Notes: a model not told the origin generated them from the sequence alone. Positions 1 through 8,227 are shown, counted from the first letter of the stretch. The stretch is 41,207 nucleotides of DNA from Firmicutes bacterium HGW-Firmicutes-10 (GCA_002841605.1 PHAF01000001.1:1-41207); one strand, 5' to 3'. Numbers and translations are program-made.

Positions 1-731
1 CCGAGCAACCGGACAGCTGCATGATTTTCTGTAATTTGAAGGCGACCGTGGATGATATTTTTGAATATTTCTCGGACATGAAATTTCCGATTCAACGTCT
101 GCATGGCGGAATGGAACAAAATGACCGGACTCAAATCATCAAAGGTTTTAAGCAAGGCAGTTTCCGCTTTTTAGTAGCAACCGATGTTGCGGCAAGGGGA
201 TTGGATATTGATCAGGTATCTTTGATCATCAACTTTGATATTCCTTTGGAAGCAGAAATATATGTTCACCGTATCGGTCGGACCGGCCGTTTTGATCAAA
301 TGGGTAAAGCCATAACCTTTGTTACTACCAATCAAGGCCGTTTCTTACGAAACATCGAAGATTTCACAGGGGTACGAATGGAAATGTTGCAGTTGCCGGA
401 TAAAGAAACATTACAAAATGCTCATATCGACAGTGCGCGTCAAATCAGAGAGAAGAAAATCGTTAAAAAAGTCAAAGGCGAGCAGTTGAATGAGGGTATT
501 ACAGCTCTTCAAATCCGTGCCGGAAAGCAGTCTAAAATTCGACCGACGGATATTGTGGGTGCGATATGTTCAATCGAGGGTTTGAGCGCTGAGGATATCG
601 GTGTGATCAATATCGGAGAGTTATTCAGTGAAGTCGAAATCCTTAATGAAAAAGGGGATATGGTTTATCAGCAGTTACAAGAGTTGCCGATCAAAGGAAA
701 ACTGCGAAAAGTCATAAAAATGAGAAAATAG
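1..731 (+). CDS. dbpA: DEAD-box ATP-dependent RNA helicase, DbpA/YxiN type (C-terminal part; 5' end is outside the window)
   Basis: The frame is open from the window edge into ORF 21..731. Helicase C-domain motifs VATDVAARGLDI and HRIGRTGR (motif VI) are present. The C-terminus is a DbpA-type RNA-binding domain (IRPTDIVGAICS...IKGKLRKV). Confidence 0.85.
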   Translation, partial: EQPDSCMIFCNLKATVDDIFEYFSDMKFPIQRLHGGMEQNDRTQIIKGFKQGSFRFLVATDVAARGLDIDQVSLIINFDIPLEAEIYVHRIGRTGRFDQMGKAITFVTTNQGRFLRNIEDFTGVRMEMLQLPDKETLQNAHIDSARQIREKKIVKKVKGEQLNEGITALQIRAGKQSKIRPTDIVGAICSIEGLSAEDIGVINIGELFSEVEILNEKGDMVYQQLQELPIKGKLRKVIKMRK

Positions 732-745
732 TGCGAAGGGTAGAC

Positions 746-775
746 TGCACCCCATTTAGTAGACAAGTAAATAAA
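746..775 (+). repeat. IS left terminal inverted repeat
   Basis: TGCACCCCATTTAGTAGACAAGTAAATAAA aligns with the reverse complement of 1909-1938. Confidence 0.7.
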
Positions 776-835
776 ATAGTTAGATGTAGTCAATCATAAA
801 ATACCTCTATAATTGGATTATGGAGGTGTTTTTTT

Positions 836-1093
836 GTGGCAAAGAAAGGACAGAAATTTAGAAGATATGAGTTAGAGTTTATGAATAAGGTTTTGAAGGA
901 ATATCGAGAAGGATCAAGTGCGGGCTATCTTTCTAATAAGTATGGCATTCCAGTAGGAACAATACGCACGTGGTCATTCATCAACAAGCGACGTGGAGCA
1001 TTAGGAATAGTTAAGCGAGGTAGATCGGTTGGGTCAAAAGCTAAAGACTATAAAGAGCGATATGAAATACTAAAAAATTCCAGGACTTCTTAG
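836..1093 (+). CDS. IS3-family transposase OrfA (HTH DNA-binding subunit), GTG start
   Basis: GGAGG lies 9 nt upstream of the GTG. The HTH segment YLSNKYGIPVGTIRTW is typical of IS3 OrfA. The ORF ends shortly after an A6 tract at 1072-1077. Confidence 0.75.
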   Translation: MAKKGQKFRRYELEFMNKVLKEYREGSSAGYLSNKYGIPVGTIRTWSFINKRRGALGIVKRGRSVGSKAKDYKERYEILKNSRTS

Positions 1094-1160
1094 TCAGTCA
1101 AGAACAAAAGAGAAAATAAACTTCATCAACACATACAAAGGAGTCCATCGATTCGGACTG

Positions 1161-1904
1161 ATGTGTGAGGTTCTTGAAATCAGTCCAAAAACCTACTATA
1201 AATATCGCAATGTGCCTGACAAAGATTATGAAGATTATAAACTGATTAGGCGCATTTTTAATCAAAGCATGAAAACCTATGGTTATCGACGTATAACAGA
1301 TGAGCTTAGAGAGAAGTATGGAATTATCTATAACGCTAAGAAAGTGCTAAGAATCATGAATAAATATGGAATACAGCCTCTTTACATCAAGAACCAACAA
1401 AGAAATGGTCAAAAAGTTAGAATGGAGCGAATGATTAGACCCGACTTACTTCAAAGAAACTTCAATCAAAGAGGTTGGACAACGGATGTAACGTATCTTG
1501 ATTATGCAGGGAAACGATCATTTTTAAGTACCATACTCGACTTACAATCAAAGAAGATTATTGGTTATCAAATAAGTAACAGGAATGACATTAAGTTGGT
1601 CATGGATACCCTTCATAAAGCGCTTAGGAAAACAAAAGATCCAAGTGGACTGGTCCTCCACTCGGATCAAGGGTTTCAGTATATTTCAACTGAATACCAG
1701 ACTGTGTGTGAATCAAGGGGAATACTAATTTCTATGTCCAGAAAAGGAACCCCACTTGATAACGCAGTCATAGAGAGTTTTCATTCATTACTGAAGAAAG
1801 AAACTCTATACAATAATGATATCAAATCTCATGAAGAATACATCAAAATAGTGAAGACATGGTTAGTCTTTTATAACACACAAAGAAGACGAAACAAAAA
1901 GTAG
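1161..1904 (+). CDS. IS3-family transposase OrfB (DDE / rve integrase core); frame open upstream to 1074
   Basis: DDE context is WTTDVTY ... HSDQGFQY ... IESFHSLLKKE. The frame is open from 1074 and overlaps the orfA end. It lies in the +1 frame relative to orfA, whereas the IS3 canon is -1. Confidence 0.85.
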   Translation: MCEVLEISPKTYYKYRNVPDKDYEDYKLIRRIFNQSMKTYGYRRITDELREKYGIIYNAKKVLRIMNKYGIQPLYIKNQQRNGQKVRMERMIRPDLLQRNFNQRGWTTDVTYLDYAGKRSFLSTILDLQSKKIIGYQISNRNDIKLVMDTLHKALRKTKDPSGLVLHSDQGFQYISTEYQTVCESRGILISMSRKGTPLDNAVIESFHSLLKKETLYNNDIKSHEEYIKIVKTWLVFYNTQRRRNKK

Positions 1905-1908
1905 GCAC

Positions 1909-1938
1909 TTTTTTTAAGTGTCTACTTTATTGGGTGCA
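1909..1938 (-). repeat. IS right terminal inverted repeat
   Basis: The reverse complement reads TGCACCCAATAAAGTAGACACTTAAAAAAA. It also contains a hairpin (GTAGGCACTT/AAGTGTCTAC) just after the transposase stop. Confidence 0.7.
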
Positions 1939-1948
1939 CTTCAGGGCA

Positions 1949-2731
1949 CTATTTTTTGATTTTTGCTAGTAGTTTTGGAAGTTTTGGATGACTCATGACC
2001 GAATAATAACCGATCTTATATATGTGGTCAAAATGACTTACATCCAGGATGTTGTATTCGTTCAAACCGTGAGGTTCTACGAGCAAATTACATTTTCTCT
2101 TCATCTCTCTGGTAGGCGAACTGATGCTTAACTGGAATGTCCTTACGGCGATATCATGCAGATTTTCTATTTTTGTAACTGTTTCCGTCGACATTACATC
2201 GACTGCAATTATGATATCGCAATCCTTAAGCAAAGGTTTTATAGGAAGATTATCAAGAACTCCTCCGTCTACGTATTTTTGACCGTCGATTTCCACCGGT
2301 GAAAACAAGATAGGAATGGAGGAGGAAGCAATAACGGCATCGATGACATTTCCGGAACTTCTGTACTCGATTTCGCCGGTATAGAGATTGGTTAAGGCAA
2401 TATACAACTTCTTGGACATATCACTGAAATCTTTTTTCTTAATGATTTCATTGAGATTCTTACGAAGATTATCCAAATTCATCAATCCGTCTACAGGCAA
2501 GATGATCTTGGCATAGTCGATGAATTTTTTATCTTTCATCATTTTATAAATTTCATCCGTGCTCAATCCGGATGCATACAGAGCAGCAGCGATCGATCCT
2601 GCACTTGTTCCAGATACCACCTGAATGTTGACACCTAATTCTTCAAAAGCCTTTAAAACGCCTAGATGAGCTACTCCGCGCGATCCGCCGCCGCTAAGAG
2701 CGATACCGACGACTTTCTTTCTGAAAAACAT
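1949..2731 (-). CDS. Patatin-like phospholipase (RssA-like)
   Basis: Oxyanion motif GGGSRG, nucleophile elbow GTSAGS and catalytic DGG (YVDGGVLDN) are present. RBS GAGGTG precedes the start. The start is 9 nt after the mgsA stop, so the two are operonic. Confidence 0.85.
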   Translation of the reverse strand: MFFRKKVVGIALSGGGSRGVAHLGVLKAFEELGVNIQVVSGTSAGSIAAALYASGLSTDEIYKMMKDKKFIDYAKIILPVDGLMNLDNLRKNLNEIIKKKDFSDMSKKLYIALTNLYTGEIEYRSSGNVIDAVIASSSIPILFSPVEIDGQKYVDGGVLDNLPIKPLLKDCDIIIAVDVMSTETVTKIENLHDIAVRTFQLSISSPTREMKRKCNLLVEPHGLNEYNILDVSHFDHIYKIGYYSVMSHPKLPKLLAKIKK

Positions 2732-2740
2732 GATTTCACC

Positions 2741-3127
2741 TCATCGATCTTTGTTGGCCAGAGCAATCAGCATCAAATCAGCAGTTGACGGATTGCTTGC
2801 CGTAGGGATATCGTATAACACCGCAATTCTCAAGAGTGCTTTAACATCTGGATCATGCGGTTGGGAAGTCAGCGGATCCCAAAAGAAAATCAGCATGTCG
2901 ATTTCTTTTTGGGCGATAGCAGCCCCAATCTGCTGATCCCCGCCTAAAGGTCCCGACATATAGCCTTTGACTTGAAGTCCGCTGGCATCAGCAACGCGCT
3001 TAGAAGTCGTTCCTGTACCGCATAAATTGTGAATAGATAGTTCTGCTTTATGTGTTAAAACCCACTTGACTAAATCGTCTTTGCGATTATCATGTGCTAT
3101 CAGTGCAATGTTTAAGTTTTTCTTCAT
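2741..3127 (-). CDS. mgsA: Methylglyoxal synthase
   Basis: 128 aa with IALIAHDNRKDDLV, LCGTGTT, GPLGGDQQIGA and FFWDPL..PHDPDVKALLR, which are characteristic MgsA motifs. RBS is GGGGG. Confidence 0.9.
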   Translation of the reverse strand: MKKNLNIALIAHDNRKDDLVKWVLTHKAELSIHNLCGTGTTSKRVADASGLQVKGYMSGPLGGDQQIGAAIAQKEIDMLIFFWDPLTSQPHDPDVKALLRIAVLYDIPTASNPSTADLMLIALANKDR

Positions 3128-3157
3128 ATTTACCCCCGATTTTCAACTTTATTGTAA

Positions 3158-3188
3158 CATAAAAGCCGGTGCCTTTCGACACCGGCTT
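3158..3188 (-). terminator. Intrinsic terminator after the heliorhodopsin gene
   Basis: On the minus strand there is a GCCGGTG / CACCGGC stem followed by TTTTATGTT. Confidence 0.55.
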
Positions 3189-3215
3189 ATCTATATCAAC
3201 GGATCAAAGATCCGA

Positions 3216-3995
3216 TTATGGTTGCATTGCTCCAAACAATACCAACCATGCAAGAATCGACTTTGCAGCCAGACTCAATACGATATATGTGCGTTCTCCA
3301 TAGAGATAATCTTTCCACTTACCAATCCCTTTATACTGAAGGATCATATTAATAGGGAAGGTATTAAATGCTACAAAATATGTGCCTACGATAGCCCAGA
3401 CAAACCATGGGACCATATCGAAATTCCCTGTTCCAAACATGTAAATGAAGATGGCGATCCAAGGTGCCAGACCGGCAAGACTGCCCCAGATAAAGGGTCC
3501 CCAGTTGACCTTTTTCTTCTCGGTTCCTGCATTAATCAATTCCATATCCAATCCGAATAAGTTCATGGATGCATTTACGATAAAGATCAGAATCAATGAT
3601 ACGATATCATAAATTCCAAACAACGTAGAAATCAGTACAATCATGATCGATGAGCTCAAGGCATACTCAAACCACCGGAACTTGTTGATGCCTTGTTTGA
3701 GGTCCTCAACGTATTTTTTTGCGTTAAGCACGATCAAACCATGTGCTAATGCTGATATAAGAAGGAAGGATGCGACCAGAATACCAAAGGGTAAAGCAAA
3801 CAATTCACGACTGACAACTTCCAGTGACCGGGTTTCGAAATTGAATGTCTGATAATACTGGATGATCGTCGGTTGAAACTCACTGATTTTCTGAATAACG
3901 GTCGTCGCAAGAAACAACATAGCCAATCCCTGAACAAGGTGGAAACCACCCATGATTAAGTTAAATCTTTTTAGTTTTGCGTAAGTGTCTTTCAT
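3216..3995 (-). CDS. Heliorhodopsin (7-TM retinal-binding photoreceptor family)
   Basis: 259 aa, 7 predicted TM helices. Motifs are GGFHLVQ, SALAHG, NKFRWFEYALSSSIMIVLI, VNASM and QYKGIGKWKDYLYGERTYIVLSLAAKSILAW. They match the conserved His/His, Glu counterion and Schiff-base Lys regions of characterised heliorhodopsins as I recall them. No type-1 pump motifs are present. Confidence 0.85.
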   Translation of the reverse strand: MKDTYAKLKRFNLIMGGFHLVQGLAMLFLATTVIQKISEFQPTIIQYYQTFNFETRSLEVVSRELFALPFGILVASFLLISALAHGLIVLNAKKYVEDLKQGINKFRWFEYALSSSIMIVLISTLFGIYDIVSLILIFIVNASMNLFGLDMELINAGTEKKKVNWGPFIWGSLAGLAPWIAIFIYMFGTGNFDMVPWFVWAIVGTYFVAFNTFPINMILQYKGIGKWKDYLYGERTYIVLSLAAKSILAWLVLFGAMQP

Positions 3996-4021
3996 TTGAG
4001 AATATCTCCTTTTGTAAGTAT

Positions 4022-4050
4022 ATTATATATCTTAAAATAATATAATGCAA
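4022..4050 (-). promoter_or_regulatory. Predicted sigma-A-type promoter of the heliorhodopsin gene
   Basis: The minus strand reads TTGCAT (4050-4045) - 17 nt - TATAAT (4027-4022), about 25 nt upstream of the ATG. RBS is AGGAG. Confidence 0.5.
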
Positions 4051-4059
4051 TTAAATTGC
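4047..4059. promoter_or_regulatory. Perfect 13-bp palindrome overlapping the heliorhodopsin -35 (candidate operator)
   Basis: GCAATT-a-AATTGC. Confidence 0.3.
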
Positions 4060-4195
4060 GTAAAATATAAATTGTTTTTTTTGTAAGTTTTTTTCTTAGG
4101 TTTAAACTTGAAGAATTTAATTGATTTTGCTATTTCGGTCAAAAATCCTGAGGATTTATTGAATTATGTTATCATTTTAATAATCGAGGTGCATC

Positions 4196-5662
4196 ATGTT
4201 AAAATCAAATACAGATTTTGAAAGTATCGGCTTTCAACTTAACTCAAGTTATAGCAGTTTGCCCAAGAAACTATACACGCTTATGCAACCAGAGAAAGTT
4301 ACAAAGTCATCGCTGGTCGTTTTTAACGATGCTTTAGCCATGCAACTCGGCTTGAATTTTTCGAAAATATCAGATCAAGACAAAGCAGCGATTTTCTCCG
4401 GGATGTTACGTATACCGAGCTCTAACCCTCTGGCTCAAGCGTATGCCGGACATCAGTTTGGTCGATTTACCTATCTTGGCGATGGAAGGGCATTGTTGTT
4501 GGCAGAACACATGACACCAGATCACAAGCTTATCGATATTCAGTTGAAAGGATCAGGACCGACCCCGTATTCACGAGGCGGGGATGGCCTGGCAGCGTTG
4601 GGACCTATGTTGCGAGAATACCTTATCAGTGAGGCGATGGCAGCATTAAACATTCTCACAACAAGAAGTTTGGCGGTCGTACTTACTCATCAGAAAGTTA
4701 AAAGACAGGTTGAACTGGATGGGGCGGTTTTAACACGTATAGCTCAAAGTCACATCCGGGTCGGAACCTTCCAGTATGCGATAGCTGAAGGCGGATTAGA
4801 AACTCTAAAAGCGTTGGCAGATTACACCATACAAAGACATTATCCGCATATAAATGAAGAAAACCGCTATTTGGGATTATTGAATGAGGTCATCAAAGCA
4901 CAGGCAGAACTGATTGCTCAGTGGCAACTGACCGGTTTTGTGCATGGTGTGATGAATACCGATAATATGGCGATCAGCGGAGAAACGATCGATTACGGGC
5001 CATGTGCATTTTTGGATGTTTACGAGCCGAAGACCGTGTTTAGTTCGATCGATTATTCCGGCCGTTATGCTTATGTCAATCAACCGGCGATAGCCGCCTG
5101 GAATCTGGCGAGATTTGCGGAAACGTTGCTTCCGATTCTTAATAAAGATCAGTTCTTGGCTCAGACTCTAGCACAAAATGCGGTGGAAACGTTCTTGCCG
5201 CAGTTTAAAGATGAGTTTCTGAAGGGGATGAGAAAGAAGTTGGGGTTGTTCAACATAGAAAGTAATGACGAGACTTTGATTGAAGAACTGCTTTCAATCA
5301 TGCAGAAAGTGAAGGCAGACTATAACAAAACATTTGTGAATCTAGCATTGGACTTGGATAGCTTTCGAATAAATCCAACCTATAACGCATGGCTAGAGAA
5401 ATATGAGCTGCGCAGAAGCAAACAAAAAGAAACTTTTGCAGAGTCCGTTGAATTGATGAAAAGAGTCAATCCCTCCATCATCCCACGCAATCATCTGGTA
5501 GAACAAGCTCTGTTACAAGCAAGTGAACATCAGGATCTAAGTCTTTTTGAGCATTTACTCGATTTGGTCCGTCAACCATTTGCTTACATGGATGAGCAAT
5601 TGTATCTGGATCAACCGGATTTACAATCAAGCAAGCCTTACAGGACGTATTGTGGAACATAA
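4196..5662 (+). CDS. selO: Protein adenylyltransferase (AMPylase) SelO/YdiU family
   Basis: 488 aa with AYAGHQFG, LGDGRA, LKGSGPTPYSRGGDG, HIRVGTFQ and HGVMNTDNMAISGETIDYGPCAF. The C-terminus is ...YRTYCGT, with the conserved near-terminal Cys. Confidence 0.9.
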   Translation: MLKSNTDFESIGFQLNSSYSSLPKKLYTLMQPEKVTKSSLVVFNDALAMQLGLNFSKISDQDKAAIFSGMLRIPSSNPLAQAYAGHQFGRFTYLGDGRALLLAEHMTPDHKLIDIQLKGSGPTPYSRGGDGLAALGPMLREYLISEAMAALNILTTRSLAVVLTHQKVKRQVELDGAVLTRIAQSHIRVGTFQYAIAEGGLETLKALADYTIQRHYPHINEENRYLGLLNEVIKAQAELIAQWQLTGFVHGVMNTDNMAISGETIDYGPCAFLDVYEPKTVFSSIDYSGRYAYVNQPAIAAWNLARFAETLLPILNKDQFLAQTLAQNAVETFLPQFKDEFLKGMRKKLGLFNIESNDETLIEELLSIMQKVKADYNKTFVNLALDLDSFRINPTYNAWLEKYELRRSKQKETFAESVELMKRVNPSIIPRNHLVEQALLQASEHQDLSLFEHLLDLVRQPFAYMDEQLYLDQPDLQSSKPYRTYCGT

Positions 5663-5720
5663 TGTAACTGTGAATGTAAATCATCAGGTGAATTTTCGAC
5701 ATTTTCAAAAAAACGCAATG

Positions 5721-5744
5721 ACATGAATTTGTTCATGTTATAAT
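5721..5744 (+). promoter_or_regulatory. Extended -10 promoter of rbsK overlapped by an inverted repeat
   Basis: TGtTATAAT spans 5736-5744. Inverted repeat ACATGAA-tttg-TTCATGT spans 5721-5738. Confidence 0.35.
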
Positions 5745-5763
5745 AAATCAAAAAGGAGTTATT

Positions 5764-6681
5764 ATGGGAAAAATCGTGGTTGTTGGTAGTATCAACATGG
5801 ATTATACGGCTTTAGTAAAGGATTTGCCTTTGCCAGGCGAAACATTGTTGGCGAAGGGGTTTCAGATGTCCGGAGGCGGAAAAGGGGCCAATCAGGCTAT
5901 GGCCGCCGCAGCGTTCTCTAGTCATGTAAAAATGATTGGAATGCTGGGGGATGATCCGGCGGGACATGCATTATACGAAAAGATGCAAAACAAAGGAATC
6001 GATATGAGTTGTGTCGGTTTTTGTGAGACGCCGACCGGAAATGCATTGATCAATGTGGCTGATCAGGGAAAAAATACGATCGTCGTATTCCCAGGAGCAA
6101 ATCATAAATTAACGGAAGATGTAATCGAGAAACACAAAGATGTCATCGTGGATGCAGATTTGGTCATGATGCAACTTGAAATCCCGATGGCAACCGTGAA
6201 GAAAGTTGCTGAGATCGCTTTTGAAGCCAAAGTTCCGATTTTACTGAATCCGGCACCTGCACAAAAGCTTGACAGTGAGTTATTAAGCAAGGTCACCTAC
6301 ATCACTCCCAATGAAACCGAATTGCTGCGCCTGACCAATTCGTTTGAAACTCAGCGAGGAGCGATGGCCTTGCGGGCACTCGGAGTTAAGAATGTTATCA
6401 TCACATTGGGATCTAAGGGATGTTATGTCAAAACCGATAATGAAGAGTTTAGGGTCGAGAGTTTCAAAGTTGATGCGATCGATACGACTGCGGCGGGAGA
6501 TTCGTTTAGCGGCGCACTTGCGGCTCAGCTGGCATTGGGAGTTGAGTTGAAAACAGCATTAAAAATCGCGAATGCGACCGGTGCACTGACGACTACGAAG
6601 GTCGGTGCTCAAGAGGCATTACCAAGTAAAGAAGAAGTGGAAGCTTTGTTGCTGGCCAATCCGAAGTATTTAAAGGATTAG
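5764..6681 (+). CDS. rbsK: Ribokinase (PfkB family)
   Basis: GSINMDY, GGKGANQA, TPNETE and DTTAAGDSFSGAL motifs. RBS is AAGGAG. Confidence 0.85.
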   Translation: MGKIVVVGSINMDYTALVKDLPLPGETLLAKGFQMSGGGKGANQAMAAAAFSSHVKMIGMLGDDPAGHALYEKMQNKGIDMSCVGFCETPTGNALINVADQGKNTIVVFPGANHKLTEDVIEKHKDVIVDADLVMMQLEIPMATVKKVAEIAFEAKVPILLNPAPAQKLDSELLSKVTYITPNETELLRLTNSFETQRGAMALRALGVKNVIITLGSKGCYVKTDNEEFRVESFKVDAIDTTAAGDSFSGALAAQLALGVELKTALKIANATGALTTTKVGAQEALPSKEEVEALLLANPKYLKD

Positions 6682-6686
6682 ATTAT

Positions 6687-6712
6687 GACCTCTGTTCGCA
6701 GAGGTTTTTTTC
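6687..6712 (+). terminator. Intrinsic terminator after rbsK
   Basis: CCTCTG-ttcg-CAGAGG followed by T8. Confidence 0.75.
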
Positions 6713-6845
6713 TCCCATAATTTCCGGATTTGGGGTGGTAAGAGTCAGTTGTCAATGATACAATAAATGTCGAATGGGTGAGATATTCAACGAGTACATT
6801 TGGGTACGGTTTGGATCATTTCCGAGAAATTCATGGGAGGAAAAT

Positions 6846-8222
6846 ATGATTGATTTTTTATTGCAGTATGGCTGGATTGTTTTAGCTGTAGTCATTCCGA
6901 TTGTCACGATTCCTGTTTGGTATGTTAAATCACCACCGGACAAAGCGATCATTATTTCAGGTTTAGGAAAAAGGAAGGTCATCGTCGGTAAAGCCGGTAT
7001 TAAAATCCCTTTTTTACAACGTACGGACCGACTCGGCTTGGAAATGATTTCAGTCGATGTCAAAACAGATTCTTTTGTGCCGACCAATGATTACATCAAC
7101 GTTAAGATCGATGGTGCGGTCAAGGTTAAAATCAGTTCCGACCCGGTAATGATCGAATTTGCGGCTCAAAACTTCTTGAATCGCAGTTCGGATTACATCA
7201 CTAGTCAAATCAAAGATGTATTGGAAGGGAATACCCGTGAGATCATCGGAAGCATGCCTTTTGAAGGCATTGTTCAAGATCGCAAGTCGTTTGTTGAGAA
7301 GGTTCAAGAAAACGCGGTTCCTGATCTTCGTAAGATGGGTTTGGAAATCATTTCATTTAATGTTCAATCTGTCATTGATGAGAATAATATTATCGTGGAT
7401 TTGGGTATCGATAACGTTTCACAGATCCGTAAAAAAGCGCAAATCGCGAAAGCTCATGCAGATCGAGACGTAGCGATCGCTACGGCAGATGCTAAGAAAA
7501 TGGCGAATGATGCCAATGTCAAAGCTGAAACGGAAATCGCTTTGAAACAAAAAGAACTTGCGGTACGCGTGGCTGAATTTAAAATCGAGCAAGATACCAA
7601 ACAGGCGGAAGCTGATGCGGCTTATGAAATTCAAAAAGAACAGCGTCGTGCGGTTATCGAAGAGAAAACCGCAGAAGCTAACTTGGTAAAAACGGAGAAG
7701 GCTGTTATCGTTCGTCAAATGGTTTTGCAAGCAGAAATCGAGAAGCAAGCAGAAGCTGAGAAGTTCAGATTGATGTTGGAAGCCGATGCGAATTTATATC
7801 GCCGACAACAGGAAGCACAAGCTCGTTTGATCGAAAAGCAAAAAGAAGCCGAAGGTATTTTAGAATTAGGTAGAGCGGAAGCGGAGGCTATTCGTGCGAA
7901 AGCATTGGCTGAGGCTGAAGGTATCGATGCTAAAGCTGAAGCTATGAAGAAATATGGTGAAGCCGCAATTTTGGAAATGTATTTCAATAAACTACCGGAA
8001 ATCGCGTTAAATGTCGCAAGTCCGTTAACAAATGTCGATAGAATCACGATGTATGGTGATTCTCAAAATTCGAAATTGGTTGGCGATATTGTCAAGGCAA
8101 CGACACAGATTTCTGACGGATTAACTGAAGGAATGGGAATCGATATCAAGTCGTTTATTCAAAATCTGATTAGTAAAAACAGAGTTGAGCATACGATTGA
8201 GGATATTGATCCGACGTTATGA
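6846..8222 (+). CDS. Flotillin / SPFH (band 7) family membrane-scaffold protein
   Basis: I chose the start at ATG 6846 (GGGAGG upstream) rather than ORF-track 6774. It has an N-terminal TM, an SPFH domain, then a long Ala/Glu-rich coiled coil (AEAEKF..., EAEAIRAKALAEAEGIDAKAEAMKKYGEAA). Confidence 0.85.
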   Translation: MIDFLLQYGWIVLAVVIPIVTIPVWYVKSPPDKAIIISGLGKRKVIVGKAGIKIPFLQRTDRLGLEMISVDVKTDSFVPTNDYINVKIDGAVKVKISSDPVMIEFAAQNFLNRSSDYITSQIKDVLEGNTREIIGSMPFEGIVQDRKSFVEKVQENAVPDLRKMGLEIISFNVQSVIDENNIIVDLGIDNVSQIRKKAQIAKAHADRDVAIATADAKKMANDANVKAETEIALKQKELAVRVAEFKIEQDTKQAEADAAYEIQKEQRRAVIEEKTAEANLVKTEKAVIVRQMVLQAEIEKQAEAEKFRLMLEADANLYRRQQEAQARLIEKQKEAEGILELGRAEAEAIRAKALAEAEGIDAKAEAMKKYGEAAILEMYFNKLPEIALNVASPLTNVDRITMYGDSQNSKLVGDIVKATTQISDGLTEGMGIDIKSFIQNLISKNRVEHTIEDIDPTL

Positions 8223-8227
8223 TCACA

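Larger units (their letters stand above)
746..1938 (+). mobile_element. IS3-family insertion sequence (~1.19 kb) between the convergent dbpA and patatin genes
   Basis: Termini are 5'-TG...CA-3'. There are imperfect ~30-bp terminal inverted repeats (about 24/30 identical by eye). It has the two-ORF HTH + DDE transposase organisation. I saw no flanking direct repeat. Confidence 0.8.

Noticed and set aside
2730-3560. Plus-strand ORFs 2730..2936 and 3066..3560, antisense to mgsA and heliorhodopsin
   Set aside because: They fully overlap well-supported conserved genes on the other strand. They have no RBS and a low-complexity or odd composition. The same reasoning applies to the many other 60-150-aa antisense ORFs in the track, such as 3643..3852, 7050..8047, 8838..9284 and 14790..15277.
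3216-3995. Interpretation as a type-1 microbial rhodopsin ion pump
   Set aside because: It lacks the TM3 DTD/DTE/NDQ-type motif and the RYxDW signature. Instead the conserved blocks match the heliorhodopsin family, which is not known to pump ions.
6774-6845. N-terminal extensions offered by the ORF track (6774, 13458, 16483, 18483, 27521, 35882, 40541)
   Set aside because: In each case an internal ATG with a good Shine-Dalgarno coincides with the start of the conserved domain or signal sequence. The extensions look non-coding or overlap terminators or upstream genes.
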